Shown: one piece after another, positions 13,150-22,181 of the stretch | Position numbering within the stretch: position 1 is the first letter of the stretch | Layout: every line of letters starts with the position of its first letter | Origin: an uncultured Anaerolinea sp. | GTDB lineage: Bacteria > Chloroflexota > Limnocylindria > Limnocylindrales > CSP1-4 | Direction: 5' to 3' | DNA length: 49,284 nt | NCBI GenBank assembly: GCA_964580175.1 | Contig: CAZOJS010000250.1 | Span: forward strand, 1-49,284 | Translations under genes and position numbers: made by a program | The notes under the pieces: generated by a model | The model's input: the letters and a program-made list of their open reading frames with translations, nothing else | Databases searched by the model: none | Told to the model about the DNA's origin: nothing

Positions 13150-13442
13150 CGGGCCGCCGTCCGGTCGAGCAGCAGGCGATAGCCTCCTTCACCGTGACGG
13201 AGCCACGACGCGATCCGGGTGATCGTCGCGGTGCTCGCCCCCGTCCGCTTGGAGATCTCGGCGTAGTGGAGGCCCTGATCGAGCAGCCGGGCGACCGACC
13301 AGCGCATGGCCAGGTCGCGCAGCTCGCCCAGGGTGCACAGGTCGCGGAAGAACTGGTCCGCTTCGGTGCGGTCGTTCAGGAGCAGGATTGCGTCGAAGAG
13401 GGCGCCCGTCTCGTCGGTTCTCCAGGATTCGTCGGCGGCCAT
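13146..13442 (-). CDS. hisR: TrpR-like YerC/YecD-family regulator (HisR-type)
   Basis: 98 aa. Family-typical LCTLGELRDLAMRWSVARLL and an HTH (YAEISKRTGASTATITRIASWL). First cistron of the his operon. Confidence 0.8.
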   Translation of the reverse strand: MAADESWRTDETGALFDAILLLNDRTEADQFFRDLCTLGELRDLAMRWSVARLLDQGLHYAEISKRTGASTATITRIASWLRHGEGGYRLLLDRTAAR

Positions 13443-13483
13443 CGCGTGGACCTCACGGTGCGGGTTCGGAGTGGGGCTGGCCC

Positions 13484-13518
13484 CTACAGCACGTGTTACT
13501 GTAGTAGTGTGCTAACAC
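13484..13518. promoter_or_regulatory. AT-rich nested inverted repeats in the hisR/hisA divergent intergenic region (candidate HisR operator)
   Basis: CTACAG-N9-CTGTAG (13484-13504) and GTGTTA-N14-TAACAC (13493-13518), with a central CACGTG. This is the only AT-rich patch in the 96-bp spacer. Confidence 0.35.
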
Positions 13519-13538
13519 AATAGCAGGGACGGAGAAGG

Positions 13539-14282
13539 ATGACAAGCTTTTCGTTGCTTCCCGCCATTGACCTGCGCGGCGGCAAGGTCGTCCGGCTCCA
13601 ACGCGGCGACTTTGCCCGGGAAACGGCCTTCTCCGGAGATCCGCTGGCCGTAGCCCGAAGCTTCCTCGATGGGGGAGCGACGTGGCTGCACGTCGTCGAC
13701 CTGGACGGTGCGCGCGTCGGGCGTCCGGTGCACGGCGAGGTCATCAGCGGGATCGTCGAGCTGGCCGGAGTACGGGCGCGCGTCGAGACCGCCGGCGGTC
13801 TCCGGACCAGCGCGGCGGTCGAGGTCGCCCTCGGGCTGGGCGCCGCGCGGGTCGTGGTCGGCACCGGAGCACTGGCTGATCCGGACTTCGCCGGCCTGCT
13901 GGTGGAGCGACATGGTTCAGATCGGGTGGTCGTCGCCCTCGATGTTCTCGACGGTCATGCGGTTGGGCAGGCCTGGCAGGCCGAGGGACTACGGGTCCCG
14001 CTCGAGCGTGCCATGGGCGAGCTCTGGGAGGTCGGTGTCCGATCCTTTGAGGTGACCGCGATCGAGCGCGACGGAATGCTGAATGGACCCGACCTCGTGA
14101 TCCTGGGACAAGCGGTCGCCTTCCGGCCGGCTGAGATCATCGCCGCCGGCGGCATCGGATCCGTCGCGGACATCCGGGCGGTGCGGACGATCGGCTGCGC
14201 CGGCGCAATTGTTGGGCGTGCGCTGTACGACGGAACGCTGGAGCTCAGCTCGGCACTCGAGGCCGCCGGAGTCGGCCCGTAG
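13539..14282 (+). CDS. hisA: ProFAR isomerase
   Basis: LLPAIDLRGGKVVRLQRGDF, GGGI, GAIVGRALY. GGAG Shine-Dalgarno 4 nt upstream. Confidence 0.92.
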   Translation: MTSFSLLPAIDLRGGKVVRLQRGDFARETAFSGDPLAVARSFLDGGATWLHVVDLDGARVGRPVHGEVISGIVELAGVRARVETAGGLRTSAAVEVALGLGAARVVVGTGALADPDFAGLLVERHGSDRVVVALDVLDGHAVGQAWQAEGLRVPLERAMGELWEVGVRSFEVTAIERDGMLNGPDLVILGQAVAFRPAEIIAAGGIGSVADIRAVRTIGCAGAIVGRALYDGTLELSSALEAAGVGP

Positions 14283-14308
14283 AGTGGCCGCGATGCCGGA
14301 ACGGCCGA

Positions 14309-16393
14309 TCAGTGGCCCCCCGCGGCCTCGCCCTCCTTGCGATGGAGTTCGATGACCTTTTCAGCAAGGTGGGCCGGCACCTCGTCGTAGTGATCGAGGG
14401 TGGCCGTGAACGTGCCCCGACCGCCGGTGATCGAGCGCAACTCCGTTGCGTACGAAAAGAGCTCCGCCTGGGGCACGCTCGCGTTGATGACCTGCATCGC
14501 GCCGTCCGTGTCCATTCCGAGGACCCGTCCGCGGCGGCCGTTGAGATCGCGGTTCACTTCGCCGAGGAAATCCTCGGGCACGTGGATCGCCACCGTCATG
14601 ATCGGCTCGAGGAGGGCCGGCTTGGCCTGGTGTACGCCGTCCTTCAGCGCCATCGACGCGGCAATCTTGAACGACAACTCATTCGAGTCCACGTTGTGGA
14701 ATGACCCGTCGTACAGGGTCGCCTTGAAGTCGGACAGCGGGTAGCCGGCGATGACGCCCTCCGCCGCCGTCTCCCGGATGCCCTTCTCGATGCCGGGGAA
14801 GAACTGCTTCGGGACAGACCCACCGACAACCCGTTCTGCGAAGACCACCCCGGCTCCCGGGTTCGGCTCAAGCTCCAGCCAGACGTCGCCGAACATGCCA
14901 TGCCCACCCGTTTGCTTCTTGTAGCGCCCGTGGACCTGGGCCTTGCCGCGGATCGTCTCCCGATACGGGACCCGAGGACTCTTGGTGACGATCGCGGAGC
15001 CGAACTTCCGCTTCAGGCGTTCGATGATGACCGCCGTGTGCGCCTCACCCATGGTGATCAGGATCTGCTCGCCGGTGTCGCTGCGCTCCAGGCGGGCGGT
15101 CGTTTCTTCCTCCAGCATCCGCTGCAGGGCCGGACCCATCTTGTCCAGATCGGCCTTTGTCTGCGGCTCGATGGCGACCATCAGGGTCGGCCTGGGGAAG
15201 TCGAGCGGGGCGAGGACGAGCTGATGCTCCTTGCTGCTCAGGGTGTCGCCGGTCGCGGTTGCGGCCAGCTTGGCGACCGCCCCGATCTCGCCTGCCTTGA
15301 GCTCGCCGACGGCCTCCTGTTCCTTGCCGTGCAGCAGCAACAGCTGACCGACCCGCTCGTCCTCGTTGCGGGTCGCATTCCAGACGTGGGACTGGGAGTG
15401 GAGCGTTCCCGACAGGACACGGAGGTAGGTCAGCCGACCGACGAACGGGTCGGCCGAGGTCTTGAACACGCGAACGAGCAGCGGGCCGCCGGCGTCGGGC
15501 GCGACGTCAACGCTTGCGCCACTTCGGTCGGCGGCCGTGGCGGGAGCCTCGTCGGCAGGGGACGGGAGGTACCGAATGAGGGCGTCGAGGAGCGCCCGAA
15601 GCCCGATGCCGACCGCCGCGCTCCCCACCAGCACCGGGGCGAGGACGGATTCCTTGACGCCCTTGCGCAGGCACGCCTCGAGTTCCGCGTCCGTGATCTC
15701 CTCGCCCTCGAGGTACTTGGTGAGGACCTCGTCATCCGCTTCCGACGCTGCTTCGAGGAGCTGGTCGCGACGCCGGGCAACCTCGCTCTCGAGCTCCGCG
15801 GGGATCGGGATCTCGGCGTCCTTGGTGCCGTCCCAGCGATAGGCCCGCCGATGAACGAGGTCCACGTAGCCCGAGAAGGTGTCCCCGGCGCCAATGGCCA
15901 GCTGGAGCGGGGCGACCTTGTTGCCGAAGGCCGCACGCAGCGCATCGAGGGCGGCCGTGGGATCCGCGTTCTCACGATCGCACTTGTTGATGAAGAAGCA
16001 GGTGGCCGTGTTCGTGGCTCGCGCGAGGGAAACCGTGTTCTCGAGACCGGCCTCGACGCCGCCTGCAGCATCGATCACCAGGAGTGCACCGTCCGTGGCG
16101 TGGAACCCCGATACGACCTCGGCGGCGAAGTCGAGGTAGCCGGGCGTGTCGACCACCGTGATCCGCGTCCCATCGGTCTCGAACGTGGCGACGGCGAGAC
16201 TCAGTGTTTCGCGCCGCTTCTGTTCCTCCGGCTCAAAGTCGAGGTGCGAGGTGCCGTCATCGACGCGTCCCAGCCGGTTGATCGCACCGGCTCGAAAGAG
16301 CAGCTGTTCGCCTAGCGTCGTCTTGCCGGAACCGGCATGGCCGGCGAGCACGACGCTCCGTAGGTGGGGCAGGTCGACGTTCTTCATGGTCAT
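14309..16393 (-). CDS. Elongation factor G-like GTPase (EF-G paralog)
   Basis: G1 AGHAGSGKTT, G3 DTPGYLDF, G4 NKCD. 694 aa with EF-G domains II-V. Not in a str-operon context. Confidence 0.85.
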   Translation of the reverse strand: MTMKNVDLPHLRSVVLAGHAGSGKTTLGEQLLFRAGAINRLGRVDDGTSHLDFEPEEQKRRETLSLAVATFETDGTRITVVDTPGYLDFAAEVVSGFHATDGALLVIDAAGGVEAGLENTVSLARATNTATCFFINKCDRENADPTAALDALRAAFGNKVAPLQLAIGAGDTFSGYVDLVHRRAYRWDGTKDAEIPIPAELESEVARRRDQLLEAASEADDEVLTKYLEGEEITDAELEACLRKGVKESVLAPVLVGSAAVGIGLRALLDALIRYLPSPADEAPATAADRSGASVDVAPDAGGPLLVRVFKTSADPFVGRLTYLRVLSGTLHSQSHVWNATRNEDERVGQLLLLHGKEQEAVGELKAGEIGAVAKLAATATGDTLSSKEHQLVLAPLDFPRPTLMVAIEPQTKADLDKMGPALQRMLEEETTARLERSDTGEQILITMGEAHTAVIIERLKRKFGSAIVTKSPRVPYRETIRGKAQVHGRYKKQTGGHGMFGDVWLELEPNPGAGVVFAERVVGGSVPKQFFPGIEKGIRETAAEGVIAGYPLSDFKATLYDGSFHNVDSNELSFKIAASMALKDGVHQAKPALLEPIMTVAIHVPEDFLGEVNRDLNGRRGRVLGMDTDGAMQVINASVPQAELFSYATELRSITGGRGTFTATLDHYDEVPAHLAEKVIELHRKEGEAAGGH

Positions 16394-16491
16394 GGAACGG
16401 TCGGTCCTCTCTGCTCGCGATCAGTCGAAGGAGGCCGCGGAGGGTGCGCCGCGGGCGGTCTGGGCATGATAGTCCGGTATACTCCCGCCCG

Positions 16492-17244
16492 ATGTCAGGA
16501 CATTCCAAGTGGTCGACCATCAAGCGCCAGAAGGGCGCCAACGATGCCAAACGGGGCGCCCTGTTTACCAAGGTTGCCCGCGAGATCATGGTGGCCGCGC
16601 GCTCCGGCGGCGGTGACCCCGACGCCAACTTCCGGCTGCGCCTGGCGATGGACAAGGCGCGCTCCGTGAATATGCCCCTCGACAACATCAAGCGGGCGAT
16701 TGAGCGGGCCACTGGCGCTGGCGAAGGCGATCAGTTCGAGGAGATCGCCTACGAGGGCTACGGCCCCGGCGGCGTGGCGATCCTCGTTGAGGCAGCCACC
16801 GACAACCGCAACCGGACGGCTTCGGATATCCGTTCCATGTTCACCAAGGCCGGCGGTCAGCTCGCCGGCAGCGGCGCCGTCGCCTGGCAATTCGAGCCGC
16901 GTGGGCTCATCTCCATCCCGGCGGGCGGGCGCGACCGCGATGACATCGCCCTGTCTGCCATCGACGCCGGCGCGGCCGACGTGGACACATCGGATCCTTC
17001 AGTCATCGAGGTCTATACGGACCCAGCGGACCTGGAGCGAGTGCGCACGGCGATCGAGGCTGGCGGCATTCCGGTCGAATCCGCCGAGTCGACCATGATC
17101 GCCAGGACGACCGTCGAACTCGATGCCCATCGCGCCCGCCAGAACCTCCGCCTCATCGAGATGCTCGAGGACCTCGATGATGTCCAGCGGGTGACCGCGA
17201 ACTTCGACATTCCAGAGGACGTCTTCGCCGAGATCGCCGGGTGA
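16492..17244 (+). CDS. yebC: YebC/PmpR-family transcriptional regulator
   Basis: Canonical N-terminus MSGHSKWSTIKRQKG. Start set at ATG 16492. Confidence 0.92.
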   Translation: MSGHSKWSTIKRQKGANDAKRGALFTKVAREIMVAARSGGGDPDANFRLRLAMDKARSVNMPLDNIKRAIERATGAGEGDQFEEIAYEGYGPGGVAILVEAATDNRNRTASDIRSMFTKAGGQLAGSGAVAWQFEPRGLISIPAGGRDRDDIALSAIDAGAADVDTSDPSVIEVYTDPADLERVRTAIEAGGIPVESAESTMIARTTVELDAHRARQNLRLIEMLEDLDDVQRVTANFDIPEDVFAEIAG

Positions 17245-17858
17245 TCGTCCTGGGGATCGACCCGGGAACAGCGGCCCTCGGCTGGGGCCTTGTCGAACGC
17301 ACCGGCGGCTCGCTCCGTCTCGTCGACGTCGGATGCCTCGAGACGAGCCCGGAACAAGGCCTGCCGGACCGCCTGCTGCTGATCTACCGGCACCTCGAGA
17401 CCTTGATCGAGCGGCACCGGCCCGACATCGTGGCGGTTGAGCGCCTGTTCTTCTCGAGGAACGCCCAGACCGCGTTTGCCGTCGGCCAGGCCCGTGGCGT
17501 CGTCCTGCTGGCGGCCGCGGCGGCCTCCACGACGGTGCGCGAGGCGACCCCGAGCGAGGTCAAGCTGGCCGTCACGGGATCCGGGACTGCCGACAAGAAG
17601 CAGGTCGGCGCCATGGTGGCGGTCTGCCTCGGTTTGGCCCAGGCCCCACGCCCGGACGATGCCGCCGATGCGCTGGCGGTAGCGATCTGGGCGGCCAACA
17701 GCGAACGCGCAGGCGGGCCGGCCGCGCCCGGAGCGCCGGTCATGGATCGCGCCGCGGTGGCCCCGCTGGCGCGCGGCGAGTCGGGCTACGAGCGGGCGGT
17801 CCATGCGGCCATCGCCCGCGAACGGGCCAGAAGCACCACCACGCGGCGCGGGCGCTGA
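17241..17858 (+). CDS. ruvC: Holliday junction resolvase RuvC
   Basis: IVLGIDPGTAALGWGL, AVERLFF, DAADALAVAI. About 40 aa of C-terminal extension. GTGA overlap with yebC. Confidence 0.9.
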   Translation: MIVLGIDPGTAALGWGLVERTGGSLRLVDVGCLETSPEQGLPDRLLLIYRHLETLIERHRPDIVAVERLFFSRNAQTAFAVGQARGVVLLAAAAASTTVREATPSEVKLAVTGSGTADKKQVGAMVAVCLGLAQAPRPDDAADALAVAIWAANSERAGGPAAPGAPVMDRAAVAPLARGESGYERAVHAAIARERARSTTTRRGR

Positions 17859-17871
17859 GCGGCGTCCGGTC

Positions 17872-18465
17872 GTGATTGCGTCGCTGGAGGGCATTGTCGG
17901 GGCGATCTCGGCTGATTCAATGGTCATCGAGGTCGGCGGCATCGGATACCGCGTCCACGCGGGACCGGCCCTGCTTTCGTCGGTCAGACAGGGCGGCCGC
18001 GTGAAGGTGCATACGCACCACCTCGTGCGCGAGGACCAACAGGCGCTCTATGGGTTCAGGACGGGCGAGGAACTCGGGTTCTTCAACCTCCTGCTGACCG
18101 TCACGGGCGTAGGACCAAAGGTGGCCCTGGCCATCGTGAGCAGCCGTCCCACGGCCGAGCTGCAGCTGGCGATCATGCTCCAGGATCAGGCGGTCCTGGT
18201 GTCGATTCCGGGCATCGGCAAGCGGCTTGCCGAGCGGGTCATCTTTGAGCTCAAGGAGAAGGTTGCGGCGGCCGGGATCGCGGCAGCCGGCGCGCTCCCG
18301 GGCGGCGGCAGCGGTGACGGGGACGTGGTGGCTGCCCTGCAGGCCCTCGGCTACTCCCTGTCGGAGGCACGCGAGGCCGCTCGGGCCGCGCTGGCGGGAT
18401 CCGGTGCCGGCGGCACCCTCGAAGAGCGGGTCAAGGCGGCCCTCCGAGGGCTCGCCCGAGACTGA
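17872..18465 (+). CDS. ruvA: Holliday junction branch migration protein RuvA
   Basis: IASLEGIV..., VGGIGYRV, HhH (IPGIGKRLAERVI). GTG 17872 chosen as start, just after the ruvC stop. Confidence 0.9.
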   Translation: MIASLEGIVGAISADSMVIEVGGIGYRVHAGPALLSSVRQGGRVKVHTHHLVREDQQALYGFRTGEELGFFNLLLTVTGVGPKVALAIVSSRPTAELQLAIMLQDQAVLVSIPGIGKRLAERVIFELKEKVAAAGIAAAGALPGGGSGDGDVVAALQALGYSLSEAREAARAALAGSGAGGTLEERVKAALRGLARD

Positions 18466-18507
18466 CCTGCCCCTGCGACATCACCACGACCGCGGCCGCG
18501 GTGTAGT

Positions 18508-18521
18508 AGAACATCTGTACG
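18508..18521. promoter_or_regulatory. LexA/Cheo-box-like site AGAACATCTGTACG
   Basis: Matches the Gram-positive-type CGAAC-N4-GTTCG except at the first base and one base of the right arm (GTAC instead of GTTC). Lies 16 nt upstream of an extended -10 in the ruvA-ruvB spacer. Confidence 0.3.
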
Positions 18522-18536
18522 ATATGGCGCACACGG

Positions 18537-18545
18537 TGGTAGAAT
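18537..18545 (+). promoter_or_regulatory. Extended -10 promoter element TGgTAGAAT
   Basis: Read directly from the sequence. Overlaps the ATG at 18544 and ends 7 nt before the in-frame GTG at 18553. Confidence 0.3.
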
Positions 18546-19635
18546 GCCCGACGTGACGGACGATGCTCTTCACCTGCTGGCGGCGGATACCGGGGATCCG
18601 CTAGAGATCGCGATCGAGGGTTCGCTGCGGCCGCGCTCGCTGGGCGAGTACATCGGCCAGCGTGAGGTCAAGACGAATCTCGGCGTGCTCCTGACCGCGG
18701 CTCGCGCTCGTGAGGAGGCCGCCGACCACGTCCTCCTGTACGGACCGCCCGGCCTCGGCAAGACCACCCTCGCGACGATCATCGCGCGCGAACTCGGGGT
18801 CAACGTCCGCTACACCTCCGGCCCGGCGATCGAGCGGGCGGGGGACCTGGCGGCCATCCTGACCTCGCTGGACGAGCGGGACGTCCTGTTCATCGACGAG
18901 ATCCATCGGCTCAATCACGCCGTCGAGGAGATCCTCTATCCGGCCATGGAGGACTATGCGCTCGACGTCATGATCGGAAAAGGACCCTCCGCGCGGTCCC
19001 TCCGGCTGACGCTGAAGCCGTTCACGGTCGTCGGTGCGACGACGCGGGCAGGTCGGATTTCCTCGCCGCTGCGGGACCGCTTCGGGGCAACCTATCGGCT
19101 CGATTTCTACGACGAGCGTGATCTCACCGAAATCGTCGAGCGCTCTGCCCGGATCCTCTCAGTGGAGCTCGAGCCGGCCGCGGCAACCGCGATTGCGCGC
19201 CGTGGGCGCGGGACACCCCGGATCGTCAATCGCCTCCTCAAGCGCGTTCGCGATCACGCCGAGGTGCATGGCGACGGCCACGTGACCGAGCAGGTCGCGC
19301 GCGAGGCGATGCGACTCCTCGAGATCGATGACGAGGGTCTCGATTCGACGGACCGCAAGCTGCTGGCCGCGATCGTCCAGAAGTTCGGGTCCGGCCCGGT
19401 CGGGGTCGCGGCGCTCGCCGCCGTGCTGTCCGAAGAGGTCGAGACGATCGAGGACGTCTACGAGCCGTTCCTGCTCCGCCTGGGATTCCTGGATCGAACA
19501 CCGCAGGGCAGGATCGCCACCGAGCTGGCCCGCGCGCATCTGTCCGGCCTCGGCTACGAGATCCCGCCGCCGCGCCGCGCCGAGCCGGACATGCCCAGCC
19601 TGTGGGCGGACGACACGGGAGCTGGGGATCGCTGA
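18544..19635 (+). CDS. ruvB: Holliday junction DNA helicase RuvB
   Basis: [12 protein letters not shown], Walker [17 protein letters not shown]. The start may instead be GTG 18553 (see findings). Confidence 0.93.
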   Translation: MPDVTDDALHLLAADTGDPLEIAIEGSLRPRSLGEYIGQREVKTNLGVLLTAARAREEAADHVLLYGPPGLGKTTLATIIARELGVNVRYTSGPAIERAGDLAAILTSLDERDVLFIDEIHRLNHAVEEILYPAMEDYALDVMIGKGPSARSLRLTLKPFTVVGATTRAGRISSPLRDRFGATYRLDFYDERDLTEIVERSARILSVELEPAAATAIARRGRGTPRIVNRLLKRVRDHAEVHGDGHVTEQVAREAMRLLEIDDEGLDSTDRKLLAAIVQKFGSGPVGVAALAAVLSEEVETIEDVYEPFLLRLGFLDRTPQGRIATELARAHLSGLGYEIPPPRRAEPDMPSLWADDTGAGDR

Positions 19636-19723
19636 GCTCGCGGTCGCGAGCGGCACCAAGCTCGAGATCGCGTCGCCCGCGTCCACGGCCATCCCGGCGG
19701 CGCCTGGACCGCTGCGGTTCACC

Positions 19724-20860
19724 GTGCTGGCTCAGGCCGGCGGAGCCGGCACGTCACGGGCCCGCCTTGGGCGTCTGGAACTGCCGCACGGGGTGATCGA
19801 TACCCCCGAATTCATGCCGGTCGGCACGAATGCGACCGTCAAGGCGCTGGACCCGGACGACCTTCGCGAGGTTGGTGCGTCGATCGTCCTGGCCAACACC
19901 TATCACCTGTTCCTGCGTCCGGGGCACGAACGGATCGAGCGGCTCGGCGGGCTCCACAAGTTCATGAACTGGGACCGGCCGATCCTCACCGATTCCGGCG
20001 GTTACCAGGTCGTGTCACTTGCCGATGCGCGCGTCGTCGACGACGACGGTGCGACGTTTCGGAGCCATATCGACGGTGCCACCCACCGGCTCACGCCCGA
20101 ACTCGCAATCCGCGTCCAGGAAGCGCTCGGGCCGGATATCGCGGTGGCGTTCGATCATCCGGTCTATCCATCGTCACCTCGGCACGAGGTGGAGGACGCG
20201 ATGGAACGGACGCATCGCTGGGCGGCCCGCTGCGTGACCGCGCACGTGCGCTCGGATCAGGCCCTCTTCGGGATCATCCAGGGCGGCGTTGATCCGGAAT
20301 TCCGTGAGCGCTCCACGAGATTCATTGCCAGCCTTCCGTTCGACGGCATCTGCATCGGCGGCCTGGCCGGCGACGAGACACCGGTCGAGCGAGCGGCGGC
20401 ACTGGAGGTCGTCGTCCCGATCCTCGATGGCGATCCGCGGCCGCGCTACCTGATGGGGCTGGGTTCGCCGGCCGACATCCTCGAGGCGGTTCGGCTCGGC
20501 ATCGACCTGTTCGATTCCGTCCTGCCGGCGCGGGTCGCCCGCAACGGCCAGTTGTGGGTTCCCGGAGGCCGCCTGAACCTACGTAACACGGCGTTCCTGG
20601 ACGACTCTCGTCCGGTCCAGGAGGACTGTCAGTGCCGGCTCTGTCGCGGGTTCTCGCGGGCGTATCTGGCCCATCTGTTCCGAGCCAGGGAGCTCCTGGC
20701 CTACCGGCTCGCAACTTGTCACAACCTGACCTTCACCCTAGACTTCATGGGCAGGATCCGGACTGCGCTGCGGGCCGGAACCTTTCCCGAATCGCTCGCC
20801 TCGTTGCGGGCGCACGCGGGCCCGACGAGCGGCGGCAAAGCCGCAGTGGAGCCGGCGTGA
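19724..20860 (+). CDS. tgt: tRNA-guanine transglycosylase
   Basis: TPEFMPVGT, LTDSGGYQV, zinc site CQCRLC...H. Conserved region begins near 19712. GTG 19724 is the only canonical in-frame start after ruvB, so the start is uncertain. Confidence 0.88.
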   Translation: MLAQAGGAGTSRARLGRLELPHGVIDTPEFMPVGTNATVKALDPDDLREVGASIVLANTYHLFLRPGHERIERLGGLHKFMNWDRPILTDSGGYQVVSLADARVVDDDGATFRSHIDGATHRLTPELAIRVQEALGPDIAVAFDHPVYPSSPRHEVEDAMERTHRWAARCVTAHVRSDQALFGIIQGGVDPEFRERSTRFIASLPFDGICIGGLAGDETPVERAAALEVVVPILDGDPRPRYLMGLGSPADILEAVRLGIDLFDSVLPARVARNGQLWVPGGRLNLRNTAFLDDSRPVQEDCQCRLCRGFSRAYLAHLFRARELLAYRLATCHNLTFTLDFMGRIRTALRAGTFPESLASLRAHAGPTSGGKAAVEPA

Positions 20861-20902
20861 ACCACCGTTGGATACCGTCATTCCAGAGCGGAGGAACCCT
20901 CC

Positions 20903-21061
20903 ATGGGCTCTCGAGACAGACCTTCCAAGGAAGCCAAGAAGAAGCCGAAGGACAGGTCCGGCCTGCCGAAGCTCCAGCCGCTCTCCGAGCCGCCGACCAA
21001 CGTCGAGCAGTATCGGAAGCCGCGGAAGCCACGCGCGGACGAAGACCGAGACGAAACCTGA
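20903..21061 (+). CDS. Small basic protein (52 aa), function unknown
   Basis: ATG preceded by GGAGGA with a 7-nt spacing. G/C-biased third codon positions. MGSRDRPSKEAKKKPKDRSGLPKLQPLSEPPTNVEQYRKPRKPRADEDRDET. Below the ORF-track length cutoff. Confidence 0.45.
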   Translation: MGSRDRPSKEAKKKPKDRSGLPKLQPLSEPPTNVEQYRKPRKPRADEDRDET

Positions 21062-21125
21062 CCCGTCGCGCGGACAACCTCGTCCGCTCCATCGGCGTCA
21101 GCAATGACAGGAGCGTGATTGGGAC

Positions 21126-22181
21126 ATGGCCATGACGACCGAGCGGACCATTGAGCGGGCCGCGAGCGAACGGGGCAAGGCGGTCGAAGCCGCCATCCTC
21201 TCGATCGAGAAGCAGTTCGGCACGGGCTCGATCATGAAACTCGGCGCCACCGCGCGACAGCACGTCGAGTTCATCCCGACGGGCTCGATCGCCCTCGATC
21301 TGGCGCTCGGCGTGGGCGGGATTCCGCGCGGTCGCATCACCGAGATCTTCGGTCCCGAATCATCGGGCAAGACAACCGTCTGCCAGCACGTCATCGCGGA
21401 GGCACAGCGCGCCGGCGGCGTCGCTGCCTTTATCGATGTCGAGCACGCCCTGGATCCCAGTTACGCTCGGGCCTGCGGCGTGAACGTCGACGAGCTCCTG
21501 GTCAGCCAGCCGGACACCGGCGAGCAGGCGCTCGAGATCACGGAAACACTCATTCGATCCGGTGGCATCGACGTCGTTGTGGTCGACTCCGTCGCGGCAC
21601 TCGTGCCGAGGGCGGAGATCGAAGGCGAAATGGGCGACTCGTTCGTCGGCATCCAGGCCCGGCTGATGAGCCAGGCGTTGCGCAAGCTGACCGGGGCGGT
21701 CAGTCGTTCGAATACCTCGCTCGTCTTCACCAACCAGCTCCGCGAGAAGATCGGGGTCATGTTCGGGAACCCGGAGACAACACCGGGCGGACGGGCCCTC
21801 AAGTTCTACGCGAGCGTGCGCCTCGACATCCGACGGATTGAGACGATCAAGTCGGGCACGGACTCGATCGGCAACCGGGTCCGGGTCAAGGTCGTGAAGA
21901 ACAAGGTCGCGCCCCCGTTCCGAGTCGCCGAATTCGATGTGATGTATGGCGAAGGCGTGTCCCGGGAAGGCGGCCTGCTCGATGTCGGTGTCGCGATGGG
22001 CGTCGTGGACAAGACCGGCTCGTGGTTCACCTATGCGGATACGCGACTCGGCCAGGGCCGCGAGGCCTCCAAGGACTTCCTCAAGCAGAACGCACCGATC
22101 GCGGCCGCCATCGAGGCCAAGATCCGGGGCAGGGTTGACGAGGTCCAGTTGCCCGTCGAGGGCATCACCGAGGCCGAGTAG
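21126..22181 (+). CDS. recA: Recombinase RecA
   Basis: Walker [19 protein letters not shown], typical RecA throughout. Confidence 0.95.
   Translation: MAMTTERTIERAASERGKAVEAAILSIEKQFGTGSIMKLGATARQHVEFIPTGSIALDLALGVGGIPRGRITEIFGPESSGKTTVCQHVIAEAQRAGGVAAFIDVEHALDPSYARACGVNVDELLVSQPDTGEQALEITETLIRSGGIDVVVVDSVAALVPRAEIEGEMGDSFVGIQARLMSQALRKLTGAVSRSNTSLVFTNQLREKIGVMFGNPETTPGGRALKFYASVRLDIRRIETIKSGTDSIGNRVRVKVVKNKVAPPFRVAEFDVMYGEGVSREGGLLDVGVAMGVVDKTGSWFTYADTRLGQGREASKDFLKQNAPIAAAIEAKIRGRVDEVQLPVEGITEAE

Noticed and set aside
19328-19723. N-terminal extension of the tgt ORF overlapping ruvB
   Set aside because: It is out of frame with the ruvB coding sequence. Tgt similarity begins at about 19712.
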